A stretch of 64,000 nt of DNA from Lama guanicoe (Eukaryota), in the NCBI GenBank assembly GCA_013239625.1, contig MU057351.1, forward strand, positions 5,626,625 to 5,690,624, in the 5' to 3' direction. The notes beneath the pieces are model-generated. The model saw nothing but the letters and a program-made list of their open reading frames with translations. It was not told where the DNA came from and made no database searches. Positions 1 to 14,029 of the stretch are shown here, piece after piece. The position numbers and the translations under genes were made by a program. The number at the start of each line of letters is the position of its first letter. Position 1 is the stretch's first letter.

Positions 1-1138
1 GAATTGTGTGTATGCTTGGGTACATGATTTTCCTTCAAACTTGTAGTATGTGAAAAAATGACCTACTGCCTTCAGTGACATGCAGGAAACCAGAATTAAA
101 TGCCCAATATCCAGATTAACACCAAGGAGTCTGTTTATAGCCTATCTTTATCTTAATTATAACATATCTGGTATGCCTTTCACACCCTATGGACAGTCTA
201 GCCGCAGTGACCTCTGTCTAGATTCTCTTTATTTTCCTATTGTACACGCCTACTTATTAGTCAAACATGTCTCCATTGATTACATAGGACAATGGCGCCA
301 CTGAATTCTAGGGTCACACATACATCAGTTGATTTAGAAATTCTCTGCAGTTGTTACTGATGAAAATGTCCTTTGTTAAAGTGGTCTCCAAATTAAACAC
401 ATATAACTTTAACAATTGGTTCATTTCAGGGTGAGGAAGAAAATTATTTTATTTCTATGGTCCTCTGTCCCCCTGTCAGTTTTATTTGTCATACCTATGT
501 AGGACAACAGTTAAGATTTTTACAAAATCTTGAAAGTTTTAAAAGCACAAGTATGACTTTTTAAAATGTATGCCACTAAAATCTTGAACCCCGGAACCTG
601 AAACTGATCCATCTCTTGTTATTAGCTCTGTTTTCTTCAGCTGAGTTTTATATGCATCTAAGCTGTCGCACCTGCTTCCAGTCTTACCCCTAGACCCAAA
701 CTAATTCTCAGCTCTGCTCTTCCCTGTTTGTAATTCTAACCACCTATTTGTTGAAATCTGTGTGTTTCAATCCCATTTATGCCAAGTTACATGGTACATG
801 GGAGATACAGGATAAAGAAAGCCTTATAATGACAATGGAGCCGTTGTAGTACTTGTCTGCCCTGTATGATGGCCCATAAAGTCTTAGAATCATTGGAGAA
901 ATATCTACTGATTTTATAATATGAAGCATATCATTTTCATTTATGAATAAAGCAGAAATAAAAATGGTGCTTGCAGAAAATCCAGAGTAGAAAATCCTTT
1001 GGTGGAAGTAAAACTTTTAAAAATTAAAGTATTTCTACAATTGATGGATTTTTTAAAAAAGAATCTTTTTTTATGAATAAGCTGTATTGCAGAGTAATAT
1101 TGAGTCAGTTACATGAATTTGAGTGAGAAGAAAGCTAT

Positions 1139-1287
1139 NNNNNNNNNNNNNNNNNNNNNNNNNNNNNNNNNNNNNNNNNNNNNNNNNNNNNNNNNNNNNN
1201 NNNNNNNNNNNNNNNNNNNNNNNNNNNNNNNNNNNNNNNNNNNNNNNNNNNNNNNNNNNNNNNNNNNNNNNNNNNNNNNNNNNNNNN
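1139..1287. other. assembly gap (149 N)
   Basis: Run of N. Confidence 1.
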
Positions 1288-4200
1288 TAAATTTTTAATT
1301 TGCCTTGTTTGCCAGACATACAGATTTTATACAAAACAAAAAGTTGTGAATGGTTTAAATTGAAATAAATTCTAAGATATACTGTGTTAAATATTCAGTT
1401 CTATATATAATTTTGTAAATTAAAGGTTTACACATTAAATGCTATATTTGTTTGTTGTAGGAAACAGACGACTACAGCAAAGTAGCATAACTTAGTCACC
1501 TCTTCTGAATTCCTTAAGATTCTAAGTTGCTGTATTCTTTACAAAAATGTTCTGCTTTAGATTAATAAGAAAAATGAAACACTAAACCGTGAAGTGAACT
1601 GCATAAGATAACCAAGTTTCCTAGTGAGAAAGGAACACTCAAAGCTATTGAATCTGAGCCAAGGTACTTGTTTTGTTTTGAAAATTTGTGTATAGCATGT
1701 TGTGTCAAAACTTGGTTCTTTAACAGACCTTTGGAGATCTTCTGTGACATTAACGCTGTCAAATTATTCACCTTTCAGGTCACAAACATAGCGTTACATA
1801 GGGAACGTACTTGGGAAACAGGACTGTACTTTTGTTCATCAATTTATAATTAAGAATGACTTTTTTTTTCTTTTAGCCAGGAAATAATTTTCCTTCTGAA
1901 TCTAAAAATATAAGGATAACTTTCATTGTTGCTTTATTTCAATCCAGAAGATTACTTAATAGTTTTTGTCTGTTTGCTTTTACTTTTAAATAAAGGCTAT
2001 GTTTTTGCTTTCAAAAATCTTTGGTTATTGTTTCTTTCCACAATCGAGTTAGGTTGAAGCTAGCTGTACTTTTCTTTGGGACCAGCTTTAAACTTACATA
2101 ATAGTTTTTGGCTTATATCTGAGAGAATTTGAGGTTCTGTTTCTTTTCTCTGTAACTAAAATAAAGTAATTGAACCTTCATCTCTAAGAAAATATGAAAA
2201 ATGTTTTAGTTAGAATTTGTCCAAATTTGTTTTTTTTAACATTGGAAGACAGGATCAGATTATTTTTAAAAGGATTTTATTTGATAGGTCATAAGGATTA
2301 ATGTACTTATTGTTAGTTTTCAGTGCTGTACTATAGCAGGTTCTTGGTATAGTTTCTAGGTTTCTTTGCAGTAAGAATGCAAAGTGTAATGCTTTGAATA
2401 TTTTGGTTGTCTGTTCTTATGGAAAAATAGATACAGGAGGTTTAATCATTTGAACAGGAAAAAAATTAGGGTTTTTTTTTTAATTGTTCATGGTCACAAA
2501 AACAAGGTTATAATCTTTCACAGAGTAGAAAAACTTTCAGTTTACATGGAAATTTCTTAAGTTGAGTAGAAATATGATCAATTTTTTAAAGATAATCCAT
2601 CACATTTTGTAGGAAAGTTATTGAGAAATGTCTGTGAAAACCTCGATGTTTATTCCTTAGGATACTAGACATTAGATTTGTCTGTTGACAACATTTCCTA
2701 TCAGAATGATTTCTTTGTATTTCTTTGCTTCTCAAAAGAGCATTGTTAAAATATCTTTGAATAATTTCAAGATATTAGGGTATAGACATTTTCTTAATCT
2801 GAGAATCAAGTCTTTAAAGCAAGCAATTATAACCTAATTAAAACATAGTAGTGCTTTGATACATGTATATTATTAAAGTTATTTTAGATCTGAGAGAAAC
2901 TAGCTATTTTAGATCTAAATATTAAGCCTGTTCATTGTTTGAAAGCTCTTATCTCCTGCTTGAAGATAAATATATTTTAAATACTTTCTATTGAGTAAAT
3001 CTTCCCACCTGTCCTTGACTTTTCTTTTCTGTTGTGGTTTTGTATTTATATCTATAAATTATGGCATAATTCCAATTATGAAAAATTGCTAACATTAAAT
3101 TAAAACTTTAAAATGTCAGCCATGGGGGAGAAAAGAAATTTATTCCACCCCTAACGTTCTCTGTATTTTAGGGTTTGAGATTTTATAATATAAAGCAAAG
3201 TAAGTTAGCACTTAAAGTAGATGGTCTATTCAGCTAGGACTGAGGGGTTAATTAACAAGGGGAAAAATTGTTAAAAGAAAAAGAAAATGACTCTGCATCA
3301 ATGATTCTGCATTTATAATTTTGAATATTTACTAATATAATAATTAGGAAAGTCTAATGTACAGAATGATCTATGAAAGTAGTAATAGTGAGATAAAGGT
3401 AGTGGGAAGCATTTACTCATAGTGAAGGTACTTGGACATTATTTCCATTCATAAATAAATAAATGTTATGGTTTTAAGCTAGTAAGTATGTCATTATACA
3501 TGTTTGTAAATATAGAAGCCTAATTTTGGTATCACCATAATGTTATTTACATTATCAAGTTGTATTTATACACAAAAGTGTTAAAAATAACTGATTTACT
3601 TGGAAATTGTGGACAATTTATGAAAAAAGATCAGATTTAAAGAAAATAACTTTTAGAGAAATTTTATTTTGAAAGCCATTTCTATAGTATTTCAGGTGTA
3701 GTTTGTTATTATTCTATACAAATAACGTTGTTAATATAAGCGTGTTTATAAGATTAGAGCATGAAAGGATTTTCTTCCTTATTTAAAAATAATCTGTTAT
3801 ATAAGTATTAGAGAAATTTGATGTATCGCAATAAGAAACTTTGCTACTGTCTTAGCCAGTACAGAAAGTCTCTGTAAGTGATCTCAAAATAAAGTTACCA
3901 TGGTTCTTAGTGAGGAACTAACTGGGGGTACCACAGCACACTTACCTCTTCTATCTCTTAAAAAAAGCCAGATTTATATTCTAATATGTCTAATGCTAAC
4001 AAAAGTATGTCTTCTTTATAGGAGATTTTTATGTAGTCTAGTACCATGTACTACTGTTTGGGTCTTTCATATATTAACTGAATAAAATACACATCGCTTT
4101 AAAAGTTTGGTAGAATAAGCAGTTGAGTTTTGAGCTGAAACATAAAGAAGCGTCTACAAAATAAAATCCCAAAGTAGACTTCAGTTGGTTCAGCAAATCT

Positions 4201-4669
4201 TTGTGTAACTCTTCTTGGCCAGGAATGAACTGTTAAGGGTTATTGGTGGAAAATACTCAGATTTTTTAATTTTGTAGAGAGTTTATAACTCTTAAAAAAG
4301 CTGCCTATTCTCTATAAAATAGGTCAGATATTTGTTCTGTTCTGTATATATGTATATCAGATCTTTACCAGTGAAGGACTTAGATCGTATTGAAATCCTA
4401 AGATTTATGATGATAGTGCTTCACAAGCATGGGAGACATTTCTAATAGTTGGTTAATGTTCAACTTCATTAACATTTTACTATATTTTAATTCATAGGAC
4501 ATGGAAATAATATCAGTGCATGTGGGCTTCACACTGTGATGTGAATTTGTGTGTGGTTTAGGTTCTGTTAAATTCAAGGATGTAATGTACTTTTTTCCAG
4601 AGTGGGGGGTAAATTGTAGATCAAGACTTTATAAAAATATAGATTGAATTTTCTAAAATGTTAACTTGT

Positions 4670-6750
4670 ATTCAATTACATATATATATAGATACACACA
4701 TTGTTTATATAGACAAAAAGTGCTAAAAGTGCAATAAAAACTAAGAGTTCCCTTCCCTATCCTCTTGCCACTTTTCCTAGTCCTGTTTTAGCTGTTTATT
4801 TGGGCTTTTAAAAATCTTTATGTTTCTAAATATAATGCTTATACTACCGACTCTTAATTCATTACTTATAGTAGTTGAGGATTTTTCTTAAACTGTTCCA
4901 TCCTCTGTGCTTTCTCTCCTTTATATTCTTAATGTACTTACTTTATAATTTTTGCTAAAATCCATATTCAGTGATTATTATACCTATGTAAATACTGTTC
5001 CTTTGTGAGTGCTGTGTAAGTAAGTGTAAGTAAGTAAGTAAGGTATTATTGCTTCCTTTGGCAATTTTTTAATTAATTAACAATTTTTTTAAGTTTTTAA
5101 ATTTTTTTCCTTGTATTTAGTATTAATTCCACTAGATTTTCAGCATAGCTATTTCGCAAGGTCACTTACAAATTGTAGAAGTTCCTCTTCCCTCCCTCCC
5201 GCCACCTGCCATGGAGAGACCCTTCCTGGAGACCCCCTTTCTCTGGCTTTTTATCTGGATTGGTTGACCTTCAGGCCTCTTACACAATTGTCATCCTGGG
5301 ACTTACTTTTGTTGTCATCCTAGGAATTCCCTTTGCCTTCTCCCAAGTTTAAGTTCTCATTTCCAGGATTCAGTGTTTTTCCTCTTTCTTTTGATTTGTT
5401 CAAATGTTTTGGAGCTTTCTGCCAAAGTGTGCCTGTGAGGTAACCAGTTTTAGACTTTGCAGTTTTGAAAGTGTCTTAATTCTGTGCTTTCATTTATTTG
5501 ATTGGTATTTTAGTTGGATATTCAATTCTAGGTTGTCAGTATTTTTCTTCATAATTTTGAAGACATAACTCCATTGTCCTCAATGGCAAAAGTTTCTGTC
5601 AAGAACTACAGTGTCATGTTTAATCTTTTGTATATGGCTTGTTTTCTTTATTTTTCTTTTCAGAAAGTTTTTACAATCTTCCTTTATTTGTCTGGTTTTT
5701 GAAGGTTTATGATCATTTACCTTATTGGGAATCTTTTTTCGTTCTTTGTGCTAGACTTTTGGTAGGCCCTTTTAATTTGTAAGTTTTGAGTTTGGAAATT
5801 ATCTTGTACTATGTCTTTGATAATTTCTTCCTTTCTGTAATCCTCCTACCCCATTTTCTTTCTCCCTCTCACTTTTGTTAGGCAGATACTGTACCTCCTG
5901 GATCAATCATCTTGTTTTATCACCCTTTCTTCTTGGTGGAACTTTCCCTCAACTTTATCTTTCAGATTTATTTTTTAAAATTTACGTAACCATTCCTTTT
6001 CATAGCATCCTGTTCATGTTTCAAAAATGAATTTATCTTTGTTTAGCTTTATGAAATGTAGATGTATCTCATATATATAGATAATCTATATAAAAACACA
6101 TCTATTTTTATATGTACATGTTATTTGTATAACTTCTTATTCTACTGCCTGTATTATCTATCTATCTTTTCTCCAAGTTACTTTTCCCCCTTGCAAATTT
6201 TCTCTGAGTTTTTACATAAGATGCTATACTGTATACTGGCCTGAGTTGGCATCCTGTTTTTGTATAGCTCTGGAGCTGAGAATGGCTTTTAACATTTTTA
6301 AAGGGTTGTTTTCAAAAGAATTTTAAGCAGAAAGAAGAATATGGTACAGAGACTGTATGTGGCCCATAAAGCCTAGAATATTTACTGTCTGGTCCTTTAC
6401 AGAAAAAGTTTTCTGATCCCTGCTCGAATGTCTGGGGATTCTTGACTTTTCTTTGATATATGAGAGTCAGACACTAAAACAAAATGGGAAACTCTAAGTA
6501 GGGCTTGGTTAGCTTCACTGAAGAATAAGTTGGTAATGCTGAAGCTGGTTTTGTTTTAGGTAGTCCATATGTCATTACCTATTGGTCTTTTCTTTGGGGC
6601 CTTTTGGCTTCTTTAGAGGAGAGTCTCTAAATCTCCCTCCTGGAGTGTACAAACCTGCTGCACATGTTTCAAAGCTGAGTACACTTTTGAGTGTGTAGAC
6701 TTTGACTTAATTATTCTGTTTTCAGTACATTTGCCTTAATCTAAGCTCTA
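4670..6750 (-). mobile_element. HAL1/old L1-ORF1-type LINE remnant, interrupted by a MER58
   Basis: The minus strand at ~5510-5580 reads aggacaatggagttatgtcttcaaaattatgaag...caacctagaattgaatatcc (L1 ORF1 C-terminal W..FK...PRI.YP region). At ~6000 it carries the gaacaggatgctat motif also seen in the HAL1 at 43.2 kb. Boundaries approximate. Confidence 0.65.
6240..6422 (-). mobile_element. MER58-type hAT-Charlie DNA transposon
   Basis: gtggcccataaagcctagaatatttactgtctggtcctttacagaaaaagttttctgatccctg matches the reverse complement of the MER58 terminus. Confidence 0.8.
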
Positions 6751-7159
6751 CTGTACCTCAGATTCAGTTTCTTCAGAGGCTAAATCTTAGTCTCCTACTG
6801 GAGTCTGTGGAGTTCGTTCCCTGACGGCACAGGAAGGTAATGGGAGTGGAGAGTTGGGAGTCCAATTTCTGTTATACCTCTGTTTTCAGCCCACACTATA
6901 CTGCTCCATTTTTTAGAATCTTGTACCTTACAGATTAAGTTTTCATGCAAAAGGTTAAAAGATTTAAACACAACTAGGAATTTTATCCAAAGTAAAATTA
7001 ACTTAGTTGTTTTTTTTTTATCATTGTGTAATCCTTTTGTCCTTGTGTACATTCTCATATTACTTTTTGATATTGGAAATTCAGTAATTTATTCAGTTAT
7101 ATAGAAAACATCAAGTGATTGCTGAGAACTATAAAGAAATCTTTAATTTTCAAAACTGC

Positions 7160-7300
7160 TCTCTGAGGTGGTGGATGTATGAGTTGCGTTTTACAAATAA
7201 AGAAACTAGAGACATAGGTTAATTAATTTCTCATGGAGAATCACGTAGTAAAAGTAGAACCAAGATTCAGCGAGGCAGTCTAAATCTAGAGAAAGCGTTC
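7160..7300 (-). mobile_element. MIR SINE fragment
   Basis: ttttacaaataaagaaactagagacataggttaattaattt, a MIR core motif. Confidence 0.6.
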
Positions 7301-10300
7301 TTTACATTTGTGTCAGCTGTTATTCAAGGTAGCTTATTATGTACTTTGCAAGTGAATGATGGTGGTAAGTGCTATGAATTCATAAGAGGAAGGGGATGGT
7401 CTGGGCTGGAAAGACGGTGGTAAGCTTCATGAGGTATGTGGAGCTTGAGGCTTTGATTAGGTAGAGGGAAGGGAAGAGGGTAGTTCAGGTTATGATCCAA
7501 GTGAACAGTATAACTTAGAAAATGGTAAATATACTATTCTGATTTAAGTGGAGGTTTGGGGACTAATGAATGAAAGCTTGAACATATGAATGTAGTCAGA
7601 TCATAGTATTACAGATCAGAATATTGTATGTGTGTTTTACATTGTGGGTTATGAGAAGGTTTAGTTCCATTATGGGCTCAATGAATACTTGGTTTTAAGA
7701 TTTATCTAGTATTTAATATGAATTGAGGATGCAGGGATTATAACGTTTTAGGAGTTTATGGTGTAGGATTATATTAAAGTGTTGGTGATGTAAGGAAGAT
7801 TATACTTCACATGTGGATTTGGTTGTGTCTAATTTTTTTCCCCTTTTTAACATTGATATATTTTGTAACTTATTTGATAATTCTCTGTTAACAAAGTTTG
7901 GTGGTAGGTGTCATCTTTGAAAAATTTCATTTTGGTCATTTGATACCACTTTTGGCTAAAGGTGTTGTTTTGGTTTTTAGTGTAAGTGGAGGAGTTATAA
8001 ATGGCCTGTTTATAGACTTGAGTATTCATTTTCAGTAAAAATGAAGTAATGTTTTTCCAACCTGGGCTTAGGGCCCTCAGGCAGTGAGAAAGAGCATAAG
8101 TAGATATCAAAAGCAGTTCATTTGTGGTTTTGGAGTTTTTATGTTTTGTTTTTAGATCTTACTCCTTTTCCCTTATTCTCTCCCAATATGTAAGCTCTTC
8201 TTTAGAATGCCAGGAAAAAGATGGCCCTGTAGTATTTGATACTAGAAAAATGAACCACTAGCTTTGTTTCTTTAATTTCTAAGTTTTGGAGAAGATAAAT
8301 GAGTAAGGAACACAGGATTCAGACTGTCCTGGAGGGAAAAGTTTGAGCATCTGTATTCTAGAATCTCATCACAACTCGAACAATGTTTCATACACTCCAC
8401 CTTGAGTGTTGAAATTTAGATGAAGTTTCTTTTGAGACTTGTGAAATTGTTCTTGCTGTCTTAGAAAACTTGATATTCAGAGATAAATTCTCTACTTCAT
8501 TGTAAGGAAAACTACTGTTTGCATGGGATAAAACTCCAGTAGTCGTCTTTAAAATCAGGTCTTTTTTCCTTTATTTGCTTTCATGTTTTTCACACTTAAC
8601 CTGGCTTCAGCTCTTATTAAAGTGATTAATATCACTTGTTAATCATAAATATAATGAAGTTATGCTTTTAAAATTACATAATTTAAAACATAATTATGTA
8701 TTAGACTCTCATGCTTTATTTTCTCCTATAGAAATTAGGAAGTTTAAGCAAGGAAGTCTTAACTTTGTAGTTTATTAATAAAACTACTAAAAAATAAATC
8801 ATAATGTAAATTTTAAACTACAATATGTTTATTACTTTGATTAATTAGAAAACTATTCGAAGAGCTTAGATTGTGCAAGATGATGCAGAGTAGTGCTTTG
8901 TAACTTTTTTCCTGCCTGCACACACAGCAGTCTCCTCTCAGAAGCATTCTTCATTACAAACAATATATTTTCACCCAGGTTAATGGGATGAGTTTGCAGT
9001 GATGGTGGGGCAGGTCCTGCCTTTATCTCCTCTAGCTGGAGACTTGTGATCACTGTCAGGGTTCTGTCCTGGATACAGTCTTCCTAATTGTTTTCCCTGG
9101 AAAGTCTTTTTACTTTAAGCAACTATAGACAGCCAGTGTCTTTGATGTGAAAACATAAATGCAAAAACTCTAAAATGAATAATATTCTTATAGAAAAGAA
9201 GAAAAAAAGTAGGATATATGCAGTGATTAAGTTGTAGAAAAGTCTTTAAAAATTCACATCACATCTTAAAATGACATGGCAACTAAAAATGTGCTTTGTT
9301 AAATCCCTCTTAAGCATTTTAATTGAAATTGACATCCAGTCAATTGACAACCCTCCTTAAGCTTAACATTACAAATTCATGCCAGCTTCTGCGGTGATGC
9401 AGTATACCCTTGTTGCTTAGAAATGATTTAGTAGCTCTTAGCCCAAATAGGAAGTGGATTTACAACTATGTTTAGGGAAAACTTGTACAATAATCCTAGG
9501 TGATTTTAGAAAGAATTTTGAAGAAATAACACATGGAAGTATCACAGAATTCTACATTACAAAGTAAGAAATAGAATGTAAATATCACTCTTTAAATTCT
9601 TACTATGATTTGCAGAGATTGTTGATTTTGCAGATACATGAAACTTGAGGATTTATTTCTCTTGTTATAAAAATAATTGAGCTTCCCCTTTCCCCTAGTG
9701 TTCAATATTATAGAACAACTGACATCTGTTATTAGGTGGATTAATAACTCATTTACTTCAGTAGACTTTCAGATTTCTGTGTGTTATTATATAACCAGAG
9801 TATTGCAGAGGTAAAGTGAACAAGAAACCTTGTGTCAGGATGCTGAATATTTGGTGGGGGAAATAATTGTAAACCAATGACATTTGCTTGTTCATTAGTT
9901 TTATTTCTTATATTAAAGAAGTAAGTTGTTCAAATATTTGGCCATTATATATATAACCTGAGTAATGATGAATATAAGAAGACATTTAGAATAAAAGTAA
10001 CAATCCTGGTGAAGTGTCTTTAGAAGTTGTATGATTAAGCTCTATAGTGTATGTATTTCTAGTCATATGTATCCTAAAGCCTGTATTCATTATAGCAAAT
10101 ATGAAATATTCAGAGGTTTTTCTAATCAAAAAGTTCAGAGGTTCTCATCTAGCTTTTCATGATCTAGCTTTGTCTTGTCTTAGAAGCACATTAGGTACTT
10201 TATAGAATGTAGCATTATATGTAATATCATTATAATAGTCTGTAAAGAAATATATTAAAATGTTGAAGTAAATTTCTAGTACAGCAGTCTTGAGATAGTA

Positions 10301-11055
10301 CTTCCAACTTACATGTAGAGTGTATTCTGAAATACTTGGAAATGCAATCATCTTTTTTTAAAGAAGCAATGCTATAAATGTCATTTCCTCCTCAGATGAG
10401 CCTATGAGAATTCATTTGACCTCTAATTAGTATATAGGACCATATTTTTTTCAAAGAAAATAATGCTATTATTGCTGGTGAGTAATTAGGAAAATAATTT
10501 GAGCAAGTATTTACTTGAATCATGGTATTTGGGGGAAAACAGAGAGATTTGTATAAAAGGGAGATTAGCTAGAGTGGAATTAACTGAGGTGAGAACAATA
10601 AAAGTCAGGAAAGGGGGTGATACTCGGTGAAAAAATGAGCTACTTGACTAAAGGAGGTTAATAAAGATAACTTCCCATCACAGTTCTGAGGGCCTGGTTG
10701 ACCCAAGAATAGGTAGTTAAAGATGAGCTACCCCTCTATTTTTTTTTTTGACATTTGAAAGGGGAACTATCTTCTAAATTAGCCTGTAGTAAACAAAACC
10801 TTAGCCTTTACAAAACTCAGAAAATCCTTTAAGTTTATACCCTGAGTGGTAAATTTGTATTTTCATTATTACCACTGATAAAACAGAAGTTAGACTAAAA
10901 CTTTTTCTATATTGATTGTTTTTTACTTTGAATATATTAACCCAGAGAAAGAGTTGTTTTTTATTTCATCCTTCAAAGAGCCTGTATACCATTAAAGCAT
11001 AGAGTTAATACTGTCAAGTTACCTAAACTACCATGTAAAACATTCTATGGCAAAA

Positions 11056-11165
11056 TTCAGTCACTGATTGTTTGAGTACCTACTATGTGCCAGGCACTCC
11101 TTTTGGTGCTCTAAAACAGCAGTGAACAAGAGAAGATTCCTTGCTATGGAGTTTTACACTCTCAT
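11056..11165 (-). mobile_element. L2 3' end
   Basis: ttgagtacctactatgtgccaggcact...agcagtgaacaaga is a typical L2 terminus. Confidence 0.75.
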
Positions 11166-11539
11166 AGGGATTTAGTTCGAATTGCATTTGAAAGATGCAG
11201 AAAAGTCATGTCTTTAATACCTTCAAGTTGGCTTACTTAGGGTAGGTGCCTGTAGCTAGAGCAGCTGGGAATCCAAATTTATAGCCAGTATCCTAGGTAG
11301 GATCCTAATAGTGAATGGGTATTAACTTTATTAACGTATTTTCAGTAGGCAACAAAAGGCAGCTTCCTTTTAAAGAGCAAGGACCAGGGTCCTTATCCTT
11401 GCCCATCTGTTCCTAAATAAAGATTCTTCTCGTGGTGAAAATGTTTGAATGAACTATTTACTTCTGTCAAGGCAGTTCTATTTTTCATGTGTTATTGCTA
11501 AAGTACATGTAACTTAGGTGTTGTATACAGTTTTATAGA

Positions 11540-11760
11540 AGCAGTATAATAAGTTGTTAGGTGAATATCTGCTGGATCCAGACTGCTTAGATTTAAATCC
11601 CAACTGATCTAGCTGTGTGATCTTGGGCAAATTATTTAACCTATCTGTGCCACAGTTTTTTAAAATCTGGAAAAGTAGTGATAATAACTGGCTAATGTGA
11701 GGATGAGATAAGTTAATTGGTAATGCTTAGCACTTTGCAAGTGCTGAAAGACAGCTGTTA
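11540..11760 (+). mobile_element. MIR SINE
   Basis: cagactgcttagatttaaatccc...ctagctgtgtgatcttgggcaaattatttaacctatctgtgccacagttt. Confidence 0.8.
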
Positions 11761-12585
11761 TTATTTTCCGTACTTGACATAGTTTATGTAAAATTTGCTT
11801 TTCTAGATTTTTTTGGCTAAGTATCTTATTTTGTTTGGTGGGTTTATGCTTTCAAGGAGAGCAATTTGGTATAATGAAAGTCTAGGTTCTAGCTTTGGAT
11901 CATCCACTTATTTGATCTTGATTTGATTAATTAGGGAGGTTTCAGGTAAAATGATCTCTTTAAATTTTCATACAAAATTTAAATATTTTAAAGTAGGTGA
12001 GCATGTTGAACCTTTGTGTTTTTTGTTTGTTTGTTTGTTTTCTAGCACTCAACTGAAACATTTGAAGTGTTTTGTTTTATCATATTGTAAAAAGGTGATC
12101 CCAGGTACTTGGGTTTTGTACCCAGAGCTTACCAGTGGCTATTAGTAGTTCTCAAATTTTAAATTAGTGAATGGTTTACAGATGATTTCTGTGATGTGGG
12201 TGTAATGCTAAACATAAACTACTTGACGAACATGCCCAATAAAAGGTAGTACTAAAATAACCTTTACTTTGGCTTTTCATGTCACTGAGAACAAATTTCA
12301 TAAAATTATTGTAATAACCTCCTAGTAAGTTTGAGTTACGTAAACTAGAAATACTAATTACAACTTAATATGTTTATTGCACTTTTTATTAATTTAAAAA
12401 TGCTATGCACTTCACTTAGATTTGCTTTGTTTTTATGTCCTGTTTTCTGGAAAACTATTCAGATTTTCATTAGTTTTTCACTTCCTTCCAAAGGGCACTT
12501 GTAGATAAACATGTTATAAAATCAAAATGGATGTTGTAGTCAAATTTTATTGAAATTCGGATCTTGTAAAGATGGTTGTGTTTAA

Positions 12586-12855
<270 letters not shown>

Positions 12856-13136
12856 TAACTTTTATTATTAAGATCTTTTTTAAGCTAAATTTTTTGTTAC
12901 CTTTTTCCAAAAATAGTTTCCTCCCTTTTTTCCTTACAGTTAAATAAATTTCTCTAATGCTGAAGTTTACTCACATAAAGATGCAAATTTTAATGCAAAT
13001 TTTATGCACACTCATGGAATATACAAATATCAAAGGGATGTTTTCAAAGACTGTTTCTCCTAATAACTAAATTTTATTGCATTATGGCATACTAATTAGC
13101 ACATGAAAGAGCTAAGCTAGTCACTTCAAAATTTAA

Positions 13137-13280
<144 letters not shown>

Positions 13281-13771
13281 TAAGTTTTTTTTTAAATTAA
13301 GCATTCAAATTTAAATCTTTCCATTTTTAGTAAAATAGCATTTACTATAAATAGTTCTTTGTTTTTAATCAGTGAAAAGAGTTTTTTTTAAAGTAGGACT
13401 ATCACTTTTAGCAATGTCCTTACTCATGATTTTTATATTTGTATACAGTTAGTATCTTACATAGAATTCTTACTTGAATCTCCTTATTTGACTTAATTCC
13501 TCTTTCACCAGAGATTAAACTAAATTTTAATGATTCATATTATTTTCTGTGTTGAAAATATAGATTGGGTTGTTACAGATCTGGCTTAAGAGATGCCTGA
13601 TTTACTTTATACTTCACCAGAATCCATTATAGATGATTGAATAAGAGCAGTCTTTTTGTAAAAGTTTACTTTGTATTATTGTGGCTTATAAAGTATTTGA
13701 CTAAAAGAAAGGAAATTTCTAGAAAGTTAACTTCAAAAACTTATCAGCTTTTTAAAAAATTTTGTTTTTAG

Positions 13772-13817
13772 GGGTCCTGTTTCAAAACTTACTTTCAAAT
13801 TTTTCCTCGCTATTTTC
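13772..13817 (+). CDS. TMEM161B: TMEM161B coding exon 8, 5' part only; the remainder lies in the N gap
   Basis: Acceptor ttgtttttAG at 13770-13771. Encodes (Q)GPVSKLTFKFFLAIF, then Ns from 13818. The missing orthologous peptide (about [32 protein letters not shown], recalled) is not found elsewhere; the exon probably ends near 13912. Confidence 0.93.
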
Positions 13818-14029
13818 NNNNNNNNNNNNNNNNNNNNNNNNNNNNNNNNNNNNNNNNNNNNNNNNNNNNNNNNNNNNNNNNNNNNNNNNNNNNNNNNNNN
13901 NNNNNNNNNNNNNNNNNNNNNNNNNNNNNNNNNNNNNNNNNNNNNNNNNNNNNNNNNNNNNNNNNNNNNNNNNNNNNNNNNNNNNNNNNNNNNNNNNNNN
14001 NNNNNNNNNNNNNNNNNNNNNNNNNNNNN
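13818..14029. other. assembly gap (212 N) interrupting TMEM161B exon 8
   Basis: Run of N beginning inside the exon reading frame. Confidence 1.

Noticed and set aside
10069-11295. GTATCCTA motifs at 10069 and 11288 resembling U12 donors
   Set aside because: Neither is preceded by TMEM161B coding sequence, both miss the GTATCCTT consensus, and such matches are expected by chance.
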